This document shows, piece after piece, positions 1 through 7,060 of a DNA stretch of 20,000 nt. Each line of letters opens with the position of its first letter. Within the stretch, counting starts at the first letter, position 1. The translations under genes were made by a program, and so were the position numbers. Under the pieces are notes generated by a model. The model was not told the DNA's origin. It saw only the letters and a program-made list of their open reading frames with translations, and searched no databases. This DNA comes from an uncultured virus (IMG/VR IMGVR_UViG_3300048503_000037) (Duplodnaviria; Heunggongvirae; Uroviricota; Caudoviricetes): the IMG/VR virus record IMGVR_UViG_3300048503_000037; one strand, given 5' to 3'.

Positions 1-178
1 TGCCTGCCTTCTTGCCAAAGATACGCTGTCCGGCCCTCTTTGGCTTGATGTTCGATGGTTTCTCGGCGGCGCCGTTGTTCAGCGGCTCCTCCTGCTTCAT
101 GTGGAATTGCTCATTGCCAGGAATCGGGATCTTCTTGGCCTTAAACATATTCTTACCTTTCGAGTAGCTCATATCCAT
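1..178 (-). CDS. Hypothetical Lys-rich protein, truncated by window edge (MDMSYSKGKNMFKAKKIPIPGNEQFHMKQEEPLNNG...)
   Basis: Open frame from ATG at 178 to the edge, read manually. GAGG lies 5 nt upstream; alternative ATG at 148. Confidence 0.65.
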   Translation of the reverse strand, partial: MDMSYSKGKNMFKAKKIPIPGNEQFHMKQEEPLNNGAAEKPSNIKPKRAGQRIFGKKAG

Positions 179-288
179 GGTTGCCTCGATTCTTTTTCTC
201 TGATACTCTGTGTTGCCGCGGACTCTACCGCCGCTCTGCTTCGAGCCCGCGTGATCGCCGGGAAGCGGCAGAAACCGGCGAGGCAACC
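179..288 (-). promoter_or_regulatory. Structured 5' leader whose outer helix sequesters the RBS of the 1..178 gene
   Basis: Perfect 10-bp inverted repeat GGTTGCCTCG (179-188) / CGAGGCAACC (279-288). Inner helix UUCUGCCGC/GCGGUAGAG on the minus RNA. Confidence 0.5.
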
Positions 289-310
289 TCTTTGAGACCG
301 CGCGCCAATG

Positions 311-334
311 AAAAGGGCGACCCGAAGGCCGCCC
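311..334 (-). terminator. Intrinsic terminator after the Tlde1-like gene
   Basis: Minus strand GGGCGGCC-UUCG-GGUCGCCC-UUUU: 8-bp stem, cUUCGg tetraloop, U tract. Confidence 0.8.
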
Positions 335-367
335 ATCTCATGCTCTGGCGTGTTCCGCGATCTCCTT

Positions 368-766
368 TTATTCTCCGGTGGTAGGCGTGAATTGTTTTAC
401 CGTCCTGATGAACTGGCAGGGCGACGTGGACATTGCAAGCCGCGTGGGATGGTCGGCGACACAGCAGCCATCGGAAGCCCAGCCAGGATGCCGAAGCGAA
501 TCGCCGTGAATCATAAAACTCAAAGCGTCACGGTCGTACATCTCGCTTCCCGGCAACGGAGTGAGATGGCAAACGATCGGTCCTTTTTCGGGATCATCGA
601 ACCATTTTCCCATCGCGTAGGTCGCTTCTGGCAGCGGGCCATGGCCAACGATAGCCTCAGAGTCTACATTATCTTTATCTGGTCCGTTCCCAGCATAGCC
701 CGTCGAGACGTAGGCACCGGATGGGTTGAAGTAGCGGCCGGTCGGGATTTCAAAGGTCCACCACAT
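368..766 (-). CDS. Tlde1/DUF2778-family L,D-transpeptidase-fold peptidoglycan enzyme, candidate endolysin
   Basis: Motifs GYAG, GPLPxxxY, R..F.IHGD, and H-x10-SDGC (His/Cys catalytic pair). Start moved to ATG 766 (MWWTFE) behind GGAG. Confidence 0.8.
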   Translation of the reverse strand: MWWTFEIPTGRYFNPSGAYVSTGYAGNGPDKDNVDSEAIVGHGPLPEATYAMGKWFDDPEKGPIVCHLTPLPGSEMYDRDALSFMIHGDSLRHPGWASDGCCVADHPTRLAMSTSPCQFIRTVKQFTPTTGE

Positions 767-831
767 GCTGTGCTCCAGAACTTCCGCACCGTGTTGGTTG
801 CGCCCTGTAATACGGTGCCTATACAGCGGCG

Positions 832-960
832 TCAATCAGAACCTGGATTCGGTTGGCAGACTTTCTTATCCGTGTCGGGGAGTGCCGCGAGATGTGTACC
901 CTCTGGGCAGCTAAAGCCCATTGGGGAAACAAACATGCCTCCCATAGGAAGATTGTCCAT
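832..960 (-). CDS. Possible 42-aa peptide (MDNLPMGGMFVSPMGFSCPEGTHLAALPDTDKKVCQPNPGSD)
   Basis: Manually read ORF filling the gap, with a Cys pair. No clear RBS. Confidence 0.3.
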   Translation of the reverse strand: MDNLPMGGMFVSPMGFSCPEGTHLAALPDTDKKVCQPNPGSD

Positions 961-1067
961 GCCAAAATTCGGAGTCGGTTCTGAGTATTGTTTGTCAATG
1001 GCTTCACCCTCTTCCGTGCGCCAGTTGCGCGAATCCAGAACTTCCGGGGCCTTGCGACCCCGGTTTG

Positions 1068-1128
1068 TGCGCGGGCCGTCTCTCCATCCACGCCCCGCTA
1101 GGTGCGCAACTCCGCTTCACCCGCGCAA
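1068..1128 (-). repeat. 3'-UTR stem element, copy 1 (TGCGCGGG...CCCGCGCA)
   Basis: Arms tgcgcgggccg (1068-1078) and cccgcgcaa (1120-1128) are identical to the arms at 2455-2465 and 2511-2519. Confidence 0.55.
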
Positions 1129-1135
1129 CCTCGTG

Positions 1136-1492
1136 TTAGACCGCTGGGGCGAGTGCGGCTGTCACAGCGGCGGCATTGGCGGCTGCTGACTTGGCAAGCG
1201 CCTCAAGCTGATCTGCAATCAAGGCGACTGCCGGATCTTCGGTGCTGAGTCCTGCCACTTGGGCTTGGAGCGATGCGATTGAAGCCTGATCGGCTTGGAG
1301 TGCGGCGATGATCTGGTTGTCTGCCGCAGTCTCGGCGGTGACGGCTGCTGCGAGGTCGGTTTCGGCTTGGGTTGCTGCTGCGAGTCCTGCGGGAACGGTT
1401 GCCATGATTTTCTCCATTTGGGTGAGTTTGTAAATGACGTAGCCCTGCGCGAAAAGCAGGACCGCTGCGAGAGTGAGTGAGGCGTGGGACAT
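1136..1492 (-). CDS. Ala-rich coiled-coil protein with N-terminal membrane segment (spanin-like position)
   Basis: ATG 1492 with AGAGGT RBS, hydrophobic LTLAAVLLFAQGYVIY, then heptad-like Ala/Leu/Gln. Second in-frame ATG at 1405 behind GGAG. Confidence 0.75.
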   Translation of the reverse strand: MSHASLTLAAVLLFAQGYVIYKLTQMEKIMATVPAGLAAATQAETDLAAAVTAETAADNQIIAALQADQASIASLQAQVAGLSTEDPAVALIADQLEALAKSAAANAAAVTAALAPAV

Positions 1493-2055
1493 GCTACCTC
1501 TTTGGCCGTTCTCCAGCCGCGCAACCGACTGCCCAGGCGCGGGCGGTGTCGGCACGGCGATCTGATACACATAGTAGCCCGTAATCACCTGCGGGGCCAC
1601 TTGCCAGTTGAGTATGTTCGCGTTGAACGGTCCCTGCCCCGGCACCGTGAATGGAATCACAATGCTGCTTGCGCCGGTCCCGTCCGGCGAGGTCACGGTC
1701 AGAATGCAGACTTGGCCGACGCCGGGATCAGGTTCGCGGGCACGGTCACAACCATCTGCGATGCGTTGGAATCGGCCACGGCTGGCGTCAGTGGGCAGTT
1801 GATGGGGTCATTCGTCGTCCAGACCGGCACCAAGCCCGCTGGCAAGGTCGTAGGCATTCCGAACTGGCCCTTGGGAAACGCGGCAAAGAGTCCTGTCTGA
1901 CCGGGCAGCAGACCTGCGCCTGGTGACGGTTGCGCCGCCGTGAGCCTCTGCACCGCCGCCGTTAGGTCCGTCACCGCCTGCTGGAGCTTGGCGAGTCCCG
2001 GCTGCTGCGCTTGGCAGGGCAGGGCAAGGAGCGCGATCAGGGCCAGTCTCTTCAT
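1493..2055 (-). CDS. Signal-peptide protein with Ig/IPT-like beta region, apparently split by a 1-nt frameshift near 1725
   Basis: MKRLALIALLALPCQAQ starts at 2055 (ATGA overlap). QMVVTVPANLIP continues naturally as GVGQVCILTVTSPDGTG in the -1 frame. The 3' end is uncertain because that frame runs into the 1136..1492 gene. Confidence 0.6.
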
Positions 2056-2315
2056 CGCATCCCCATGAAAATCTGCTGGTCCGGACGGCACTCGATGCTC
2101 ACGCAGCGCGGGAACCATAGCGGCTGCGGGATCTCGTCAAGCCATGTCCATGCAGCCAGATATTCGCCGAGCTTCTCAATCCCGCTCTCGAATGCCGCAT
2201 CTTCTCGTTTCGCTTGGCGTGCTTCGCGGTATCGAGTACACCATACTTGGCGTGGCTGCGCGGCTCTAGCTGCCTCTGCCGCCTTGCGCACCTTCCATGG
2301 GATGTACGGGGCCAT
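2052..2315 (-). CDS. Hypothetical protein (87 aa, MAPYIPWKVRK...)
   Basis: GAGAGGT RBS before ATG 2315. Stop overlaps the next start. Confidence 0.7.
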   Translation of the reverse strand: MAPYIPWKVRKAAEAARAAQPRQVWCTRYREARQAKREDAAFESGIEKLGEYLAAWTWLDEIPQPLWFPRCVSIECRPDQQIFMGMR

Positions 2316-2326
2316 CAGTCTACCTC

Positions 2327-2440
2327 TCATTCGTCCCACCATCCCTTGTTTAGTCCGGTCACCGCCGTAAACGCCAGAGCCGCTACGAACGCCACCCAGC
2401 AAAGCGCGGATTCGAGTTGGGCGATCTGGTCGGGCGTCAT
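2327..2440 (-). CDS. 37-aa single-pass membrane peptide (MTPDQIAQLESALCWVAFVAALAFTAVTGLNKGWWDE)
   Basis: Below the ORF-track cutoff. GAGG RBS, one hydrophobic helix, fills the gap. Confidence 0.65.
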   Translation of the reverse strand: MTPDQIAQLESALCWVAFVAALAFTAVTGLNKGWWDE

Positions 2441-2453
2441 GGGTGCCTCTGAA

Positions 2454-2519
2454 TTGCGCGGGCCGGATCACGCTAAGGTAGAAGCTCGAAAGCAAACTAC
2501 CAGTCCTCGGCCCGCGCAA
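2454..2519 (-). repeat. 3'-UTR stem element, copy 2
   Basis: Perfect 12-bp inverted repeat TTGCGCGGGCCG/CGGCCCGCGCAA with inner GGTAG/CTACC helix. Confidence 0.65.
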
Positions 2520-2539
2520 ACTGTGCCGTCTCTGGCTGG

Positions 2540-3049
2540 CTACACCTTGCCGATGCCCTCGACCGGGTTCGTGTCGCAAGCGTTGTTCCATGCCGTGTTG
2601 TACTGGCTCTCAGGCGAATGGAAGATGCTGCGCTTGAAGCCAGGTACGAGCACCGCAACCTTCGCCGCTGCGTCTGCCGCAACTGCCGCCTGGTGCATGG
2701 CCTGAGTCTCTTCGTGGGCACCCACAGTGACCGGGGCCGGCGAGTTGGCCGTCAGGATAGCGATGACCGCAGTGATGCCAGCCGTGATGATGTTCACGTA
2801 GAGGGCGACATTCGGCGGAAGCGGAAGCGTGTCGAATACCGCTGTGAAGGCGTTCATGAGTTGGAGCACGTTCTGCGCGGTGGTGCCGGGAGTCCAGTTC
2901 TGAACGGCGAGCAGAGCCGCGTCATAGGCGTTCATGGCAGCGATGCCGTTCGGGGTGTTGAGTTGGCCGGTGGCGGCGAGCAGCGACTTGATTGTCGGTT
3001 CGATTGCGGCCATCAATGCGCCTGCGGTCTTAGTTGCGTTTTTGCACAT
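2540..3049 (-). CDS. Hypothetical Ala-rich protein with a hydrophobic segment (169 aa)
   Basis: AAAGGA RBS, GC-rich third codon positions, hydrophobic VALYVNIITAGITAVIAIL. Confidence 0.85.
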   Translation of the reverse strand: MCKNATKTAGALMAAIEPTIKSLLAATGQLNTPNGIAAMNAYDAALLAVQNWTPGTTAQNVLQLMNAFTAVFDTLPLPPNVALYVNIITAGITAVIAILTANSPAPVTVGAHEETQAMHQAAVAADAAAKVAVLVPGFKRSIFHSPESQYNTAWNNACDTNPVEGIGKV

Positions 3050-3076
3050 GGGTTTGGTCCTTTCGGTTGTGCTGCG

Positions 3077-3394
3077 TTACTTGGTTTGCGGCGCTTCCAC
3101 CGCGTTCAATGCTTTGCGGGCCGCTTCAATCATGGCGACAGCCTCGTTTAATATGCGCAAGTTCTCATCTCCATATTTTGTCGCCTTAGCTTGATCGTCC
3201 ATCAGTTTCACGATCATTTCCTGCGCCCCCGGCAACGTGTTTGGAATTCCTGTATAGCCGCCGAGATCCACTGTTGCAGTAGCACTGTCTAAGTCCTGAA
3301 AAGCGGTATAGACACCTTCCCGTGCCAGTTGATCCATCTCTACAGTATCGAGATAGCGGAGAATATCGTCGCGTTGCTGCTTGGTCTGCGCCAT
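3077..3394 (-). CDS. Hypothetical helical protein (105 aa)
   Basis: GAGG RBS before ATG, fits the operon. Confidence 0.8.
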   Translation of the reverse strand: MAQTKQQRDDILRYLDTVEMDQLAREGVYTAFQDLDSATATVDLGGYTGIPNTLPGAQEMIVKLMDDQAKATKYGDENLRILNEAVAMIEAARKALNAVEAPQTK

Positions 3395-3414
3395 GGTTGC
3401 CTCGCTCCCTCACT

Positions 3415-3732
3415 TCACGGGTTCTGGCGCAATCTGCCCTGCTCGTCAACCGGCAGACCGGCTGCATTCGTGCCAGGGACCGGCGTCACGGTCGTTGTGA
3501 CGGTCTGCTTGTTTTCCACCACCGTCACCTGCGACTCGGGCGGCAGCGGCGATTGCTTAAGGTAAGCCAGCACTGGCACCGCAAAACCGAATAGCGCCAG
3601 CTTGCCGATGTTCGCCCAGCCGGTCGGCGTGAAGTTGAATACCGAGGGCGCGACAATCACGCCACCGAGGGCGCTTGATGCGCCGCCAATGCCAGCGGAG
3701 ATCAGCGAGTACAGCCAGGGCTTCCAGTTCAT
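3415..3732 (-). CDS. Holin-like two-TM membrane protein
   Basis: Two hydrophobic helices and a hydrophilic C-tail, AAGGAG RBS, located upstream of the peptidoglycan enzyme. Holin role is inference. Confidence 0.6.
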   Translation of the reverse strand: MNWKPWLYSLISAGIGGASSALGGVIVAPSVFNFTPTGWANIGKLALFGFAVPVLAYLKQSPLPPESQVTVVENKQTVTTTVTPVPGTNAAGLPVDEQGRLRQNP

Positions 3733-4037
3733 GGGCGCTCCTTGTCTTTCAGCGGTATCCTACACGACCATTCGACAATTTTGTACGCCTGATCTTTTGT
3801 AGCGTACACTGTCCCGCGCCGAAAACTGTCCTCCACATAGGCATACCATCCGCCAGAATCATCCGGCCACGCATGGCCACATTCCTCTCCATTAGAACGA
3901 AACCAAGTTGTTTTCCGAAGAGCGCCTTGCCCCTCCAGCATCGTGCATCCATAGCTCGGCCAAGGACGAAAGATTGCACACGGGAGCACCACCCAGATGA
4001 GAAGTAGAAAAGACGCGAAGCCGATAACAAATTTCAT
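3729..4037 (-). CDS. Hypothetical membrane-anchored/exported protein (102 aa)
   Basis: Hydrophobic N-terminus. AAGGAG RBS lies within repeat copy 1. Confidence 0.75.
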   Translation of the reverse strand: MKFVIGFASFLLLIWVVLPCAIFRPWPSYGCTMLEGQGALRKTTWFRSNGEECGHAWPDDSGGWYAYVEDSFRRGTVYATKDQAYKIVEWSCRIPLKDKERP

Positions 4038-4041
4038 TTCG

Positions 4042-4365
4042 TCGGCTCCTTCGCGGCTAATGCGCTACTCATTCAACGCCTCAACAATGCAGCGAATAAC
4101 GTCCTGCTTGCACCAGCCGCCGAGGAGATTTCCTCTAACGGAGAGCAGCATCAAATGGGTTGCCTTCTCTCCGATTCCATTCACAAACAGCTTGTCGGCG
4201 ATGCGCTCCGCCAGTTTCGGTTTCTTTGGATTCTGTGCGCTCACGGCTTCGGCTCCTTCGCGGCTAATGCGCTCGGTTGCGGAATCGTGCCGTCCATGAC
4301 CGCGAATATGTTCCGCTTGCCGAGGAAATCACTGTGCAGCTTCGGCTCCTTCGCGGCCTTGCGCT
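4042..4365 (-). repeat. Three direct repeats carrying an AAGGAG RBS
   Basis: tcggctccttcgcggctaatgcgct is identical at 4042-4066 and 4249-4273. Variant tcggctccttcgcggccttgcgct at 4342-4365. Confidence 0.9.
4065..4244 (-). CDS. Hypothetical protein (59 aa, MSAQNPKKPKLAERIADKLFVNG...)
   Basis: GTG start overlaps the RHH stop, RBS is in repeat copy 2, and TAG overlaps the edge of repeat copy 1. Confidence 0.75.
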   Translation of the reverse strand: MSAQNPKKPKLAERIADKLFVNGIGEKATHLMLLSVRGNLLGGWCKQDVIRCIVEALNE

Positions 4366-4510
4366 GGTGGACCGAAGCCTCATCGTGAAGCACGATTTTC
4401 CAGATGGAGTTCACGATGTACGCCTGCACGGTTACGCCTTGATCGATAGCCTGCATCTTCATCCTGCGGTGCAGGTCATCGGGTAGCGCAATGTTCGGTC
4501 TGACACTCAT
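4241..4510 (-). CDS. Ribbon-helix-helix (CopG/Arc-like) DNA-binding protein
   Basis: RPNIALPDDLHRRMKMQAIDQGVTVQAYI fits the RHH strand-helix-G-helix pattern. Confidence 0.75.
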   Translation of the reverse strand: MSVRPNIALPDDLHRRMKMQAIDQGVTVQAYIVNSIWKIVLHDEASVHQRKAAKEPKLHSDFLGKRNIFAVMDGTIPQPSALAAKEPKP

Positions 4511-4554
4511 GACGCAAGTGTGTCACTTGTCCCGCAGGTTGTCAAGCCCCTGCG
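4511..4554 (-). promoter_or_regulatory. Sigma70-type leaderless promoter with palindromic operator
   Basis: TTGACA (4545-4540), 17 nt, TGn-CACACT (4522-4517), ATG 6 nt later. CAAGTG-n3-CACTTG covers the -10; CGCAGG/CCTGCG flanks the -35. Confidence 0.7.
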
Positions 4555-4557
4555 CGA

Positions 4558-4863
4558 TTATTCTTCGTTCAGGTCGATGCCCGCTTCCTTGAACGCGGCC
4601 ACGAGTCCGGCCTGGACGCCTGCCGAGACCGGCTCCTCGTAGTTTGTGCTCACCATTGCGCGGTAGGCTTCCCACCATGCAGCGGAGATACGGAAGTAGC
4701 GCGTGTGCGGGTCCGGTACGCGGCCATCGTCGCCCTTGGGCGCCTGCTCGTGTCCCTTCGGGCACTTGTCGTTGACGAGTGCGGTGCCGCAATGGACGCA
4801 GTAGATGATCGGCGGCGGTCCTGGGTTAGGGTTGATCGGGAATCCTTGCTTCTTCGGTTTCAT
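4558..4863 (-). CDS. Zn-ribbon hypothetical protein
   Basis: CVHC-x8-CPKGH; GAGGTG RBS before ATG 4863. Confidence 0.75.
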   Translation of the reverse strand: MKPKKQGFPINPNPGPPPIIYCVHCGTALVNDKCPKGHEQAPKGDDGRVPDPHTRYFRISAAWWEAYRAMVSTNYEEPVSAGVQAGLVAAFKEAGIDLNEE

Positions 4864-4871
4864 GCTACACC

Positions 4872-5399
4872 TCACTGACTATGATCGCCGCCGTTTGAAA
4901 GCAGCGGTGGCAGCGTGTTGAACTCACTCTTGCGTCCCTTGGGAGCAAAGAACGAGGGCTTCTTCTTCGGCTGCGAGTCCTGCGGCACGACCGTAAACGG
5001 CACTGGGTCTGGTCTGGAGTAGTAATTCTTCCAATCGTCCGTGAGCTTGATGATGTCAGGGGCTTTCCGAGCCAGCGCCATGAGCGCCTGCACATCTTTC
5101 CAACCATCGGCGACGGGGCCGGCGCCAAAGATTCCTAAGAGCGCGATTGCGGTAGTGGTGGCCCATGCGGCTCTTTTCTTGCGCCGATCTGCTACATCAT
5201 TCCGAGTTTTCCAGTCACTAAAGAAGGTTCTTCCTTCGGGAATGAAGCCAGTTTTCCCATCATCGCCGTTGAAGAGTTCTTTCCTTATCCTCTCCACCGT
5301 CGCCTGAATCACAGGCAGCGGACTATCGAGCTGTCGGTGGTCCAATCTGGCATCTACTATTTCCACGATTTGATCCCTCTCGTCCTCGCTGAGTGGCAT
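4872..5399 (-). CDS. Single-TM hypothetical protein following the fibre module
   Basis: 175-aa ORF with basic RRKKR before hydrophobic AAWATTTAIALLGIFGAG. Confidence 0.8.
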   Translation of the reverse strand: MPLSEDERDQIVEIVDARLDHRQLDSPLPVIQATVERIRKELFNGDDGKTGFIPEGRTFFSDWKTRNDVADRRKKRAAWATTTAIALLGIFGAGPVADGWKDVQALMALARKAPDIIKLTDDWKNYYSRPDPVPFTVVPQDSQPKKKPSFFAPKGRKSEFNTLPPLLSNGGDHSQ

Positions 5400-5488
5400 C
5401 CCATCCCCCCGAACCCCAAAATCTACAACCCCGGCTTTCCGATTACTGGAGCCTTGCCGGGTGCGCCAGGTTTGGCGCGGTTATGATC

Positions 5489-5823
5489 TTACTTCGTGCC
5501 CGTGTTCAACTGCTGTGCAACTGATACGGTCAGCAGATAGACCAGGCTTTTCTCACCCGTAACGCAAGGGGTTGTTGTGACTGAAGTTGGAACTGCAACT
5601 GTGTTGTTAGCCGGGTGAATGAGAATAGGATCACCAGCACTGCATTGAGAGTGAGCAGCCCATAGGATTTCTGGATGCGAGGCACAAACATTGTCGGCTT
5701 AGATTCGGGATGGTTAAAGGCACAAGCTGCAAGGGGCGGTGCAACAGGTGCTGTTTGGGCAGGGGTAGATGCCTTGCCGAGAACAGCCACAAACAGAACC
5801 ACGAGTAAAAGTACTTTTTTCAT
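5489..5823 (-). CDS. Small secreted Cys-containing protein, frameshifted near 5700
   Basis: AAGGAGG RBS and signal peptide MKKVLLLVVLFVAVLG. The -1 frame gives ADNVCASHPEILWAAHSQC...QQLNTGTK with TAA at 5489-5491. Confidence 0.65.
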
Positions 5824-5838
5824 TTTGTCCTCCTTATG

Positions 5839-7060
5839 TTATGGACAAGGTATTTCGGTGCCGACAAGAATGCCGCCGCTTAGCTGGAACCGTCTGCAAC
5901 TTCCATCTACCGTGTCTTTCCAGATCACACCATTGATAGCTGAGTCGCTAAGAGTAATATCCCCCTGTGACCGTACCGCTGGTGCTGCTGCGCCGGAGAT
6001 TGCTTTACCTTTGAGCGCAAACAGCATCAATCCACCATATCCGTGTATGGATAGGAGACAGATACGCCTTTTTGCACGCCCGCTGCATAAGCCGGGGCTG
6101 ATGACATTGACGTGTAAATCGAGGAGGTATCTGGCGTAGCAAATTTACCTAAGTATGTGAGGATACCACACTTATACTCCCATACGCTGCAATCAACCTA
6201 TCGTTTGGTTGAGTCGTGGTCAAGGTTGGCGTCGTAGCTGTCCATTGGATTCCGGCACCAAGTGGATTGTATGTCGTCAACATTGCAACACCACTACCAT
6301 CCACACAAGAGGATGATGCAGCCACGTTGGTGTACTCAGCTACGCTCATACCATTATCCCACAACCTTATATGCCGTTGCGGAAACTGTAATTGTACCAC
6401 CGTTGACATTGCAAGCAACTGCTGACCATACATTGTGGTCACCGATAGAGATTTACACTTGCTGCTGTTGTGTAGGTGTTCCCTAAATTGTCTGTTACAC
6501 CCGGTAATGCCCCCTCAGCATTTCCGCAATTTACAACGATGGCATTTCCAGCCGTCACCGGATTGGGGAGAGTCCCTGTACCATCCGAACTTCCCTGCAC
6601 AAATACTGGCTGCAAAATGCCAGTTGTGTTCGCGCTGAAAATGGCGGCGGCGTTGTTAGCATCGGGAGCTACAACAGTCTGCGTGCCGTTAAACGTCTGG
6701 CTCTGATTGTTCAGCGCCAAGTCTACAGGATTGGTTAGAAGATTCAGTGCACCGTTGATTGAAACATTGTGCGCTGACAGGTTCGCATCTGGCATCAGCG
6801 CGGTGGCTGCTGTCGAACCGGAGACTAGGATTTCTGTCTGTATGTTAGAGGGATCGTGGACCGTGCATACATCGCCGCTATCGCCGCTTAGGTAAGGTGT
6901 AAGCACTAAATTCTTGTCAAAACACAGCGCCGAGTCACCGGGCATATCCGTTACTAGTTGATCCACGTACGGAGCGTAAAATTGCAGAGCCGAAGACCGC
7001 CTTGGTATACTCGCTGGAAAAATTGTAGTTTGGCAGAGTGATCCCAAACGATGCCACAGG
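5839..7060 (-). pseudogene. Frameshift-fragmented 3' end of the giant spike gene (sequence error or decay)
   Basis: ORF pieces 6439..7047, 6149..6442 and 5839..6030 lack convincing RBSs and join through frame changes into one continuous beta-rich sequence ending GSCRRFQLSGGILVGTEIPCP. Confidence 0.7.

Noticed and set aside
1..178. Terminase small subunit
   Set aside because: The position after the lysis block is suggestive, but the visible 59 residues show no diagnostic motif.
960..1135. Known riboswitch or ribozyme (ZTP, c-di-GMP, glutamine, hammerhead)
   Set aside because: Only short partial resemblances; the conserved cores could not be matched by eye.
308..1189. 293-aa plus-strand ORF
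   Set aside because: Antisense to the Tlde1-like gene and its terminator; no recognisable motifs.
4042..4365. CRISPR array
   Set aside because: Only three copies, 207 and 93 bp apart, with coding sequence between them and no cas genes.
5839..7060. Stop-codon recoding or a diversity-generating retroelement target
   Set aside because: The breaks are frame changes rather than in-frame stops. No reverse transcriptase or TR/VR repeat pair was seen in the window.
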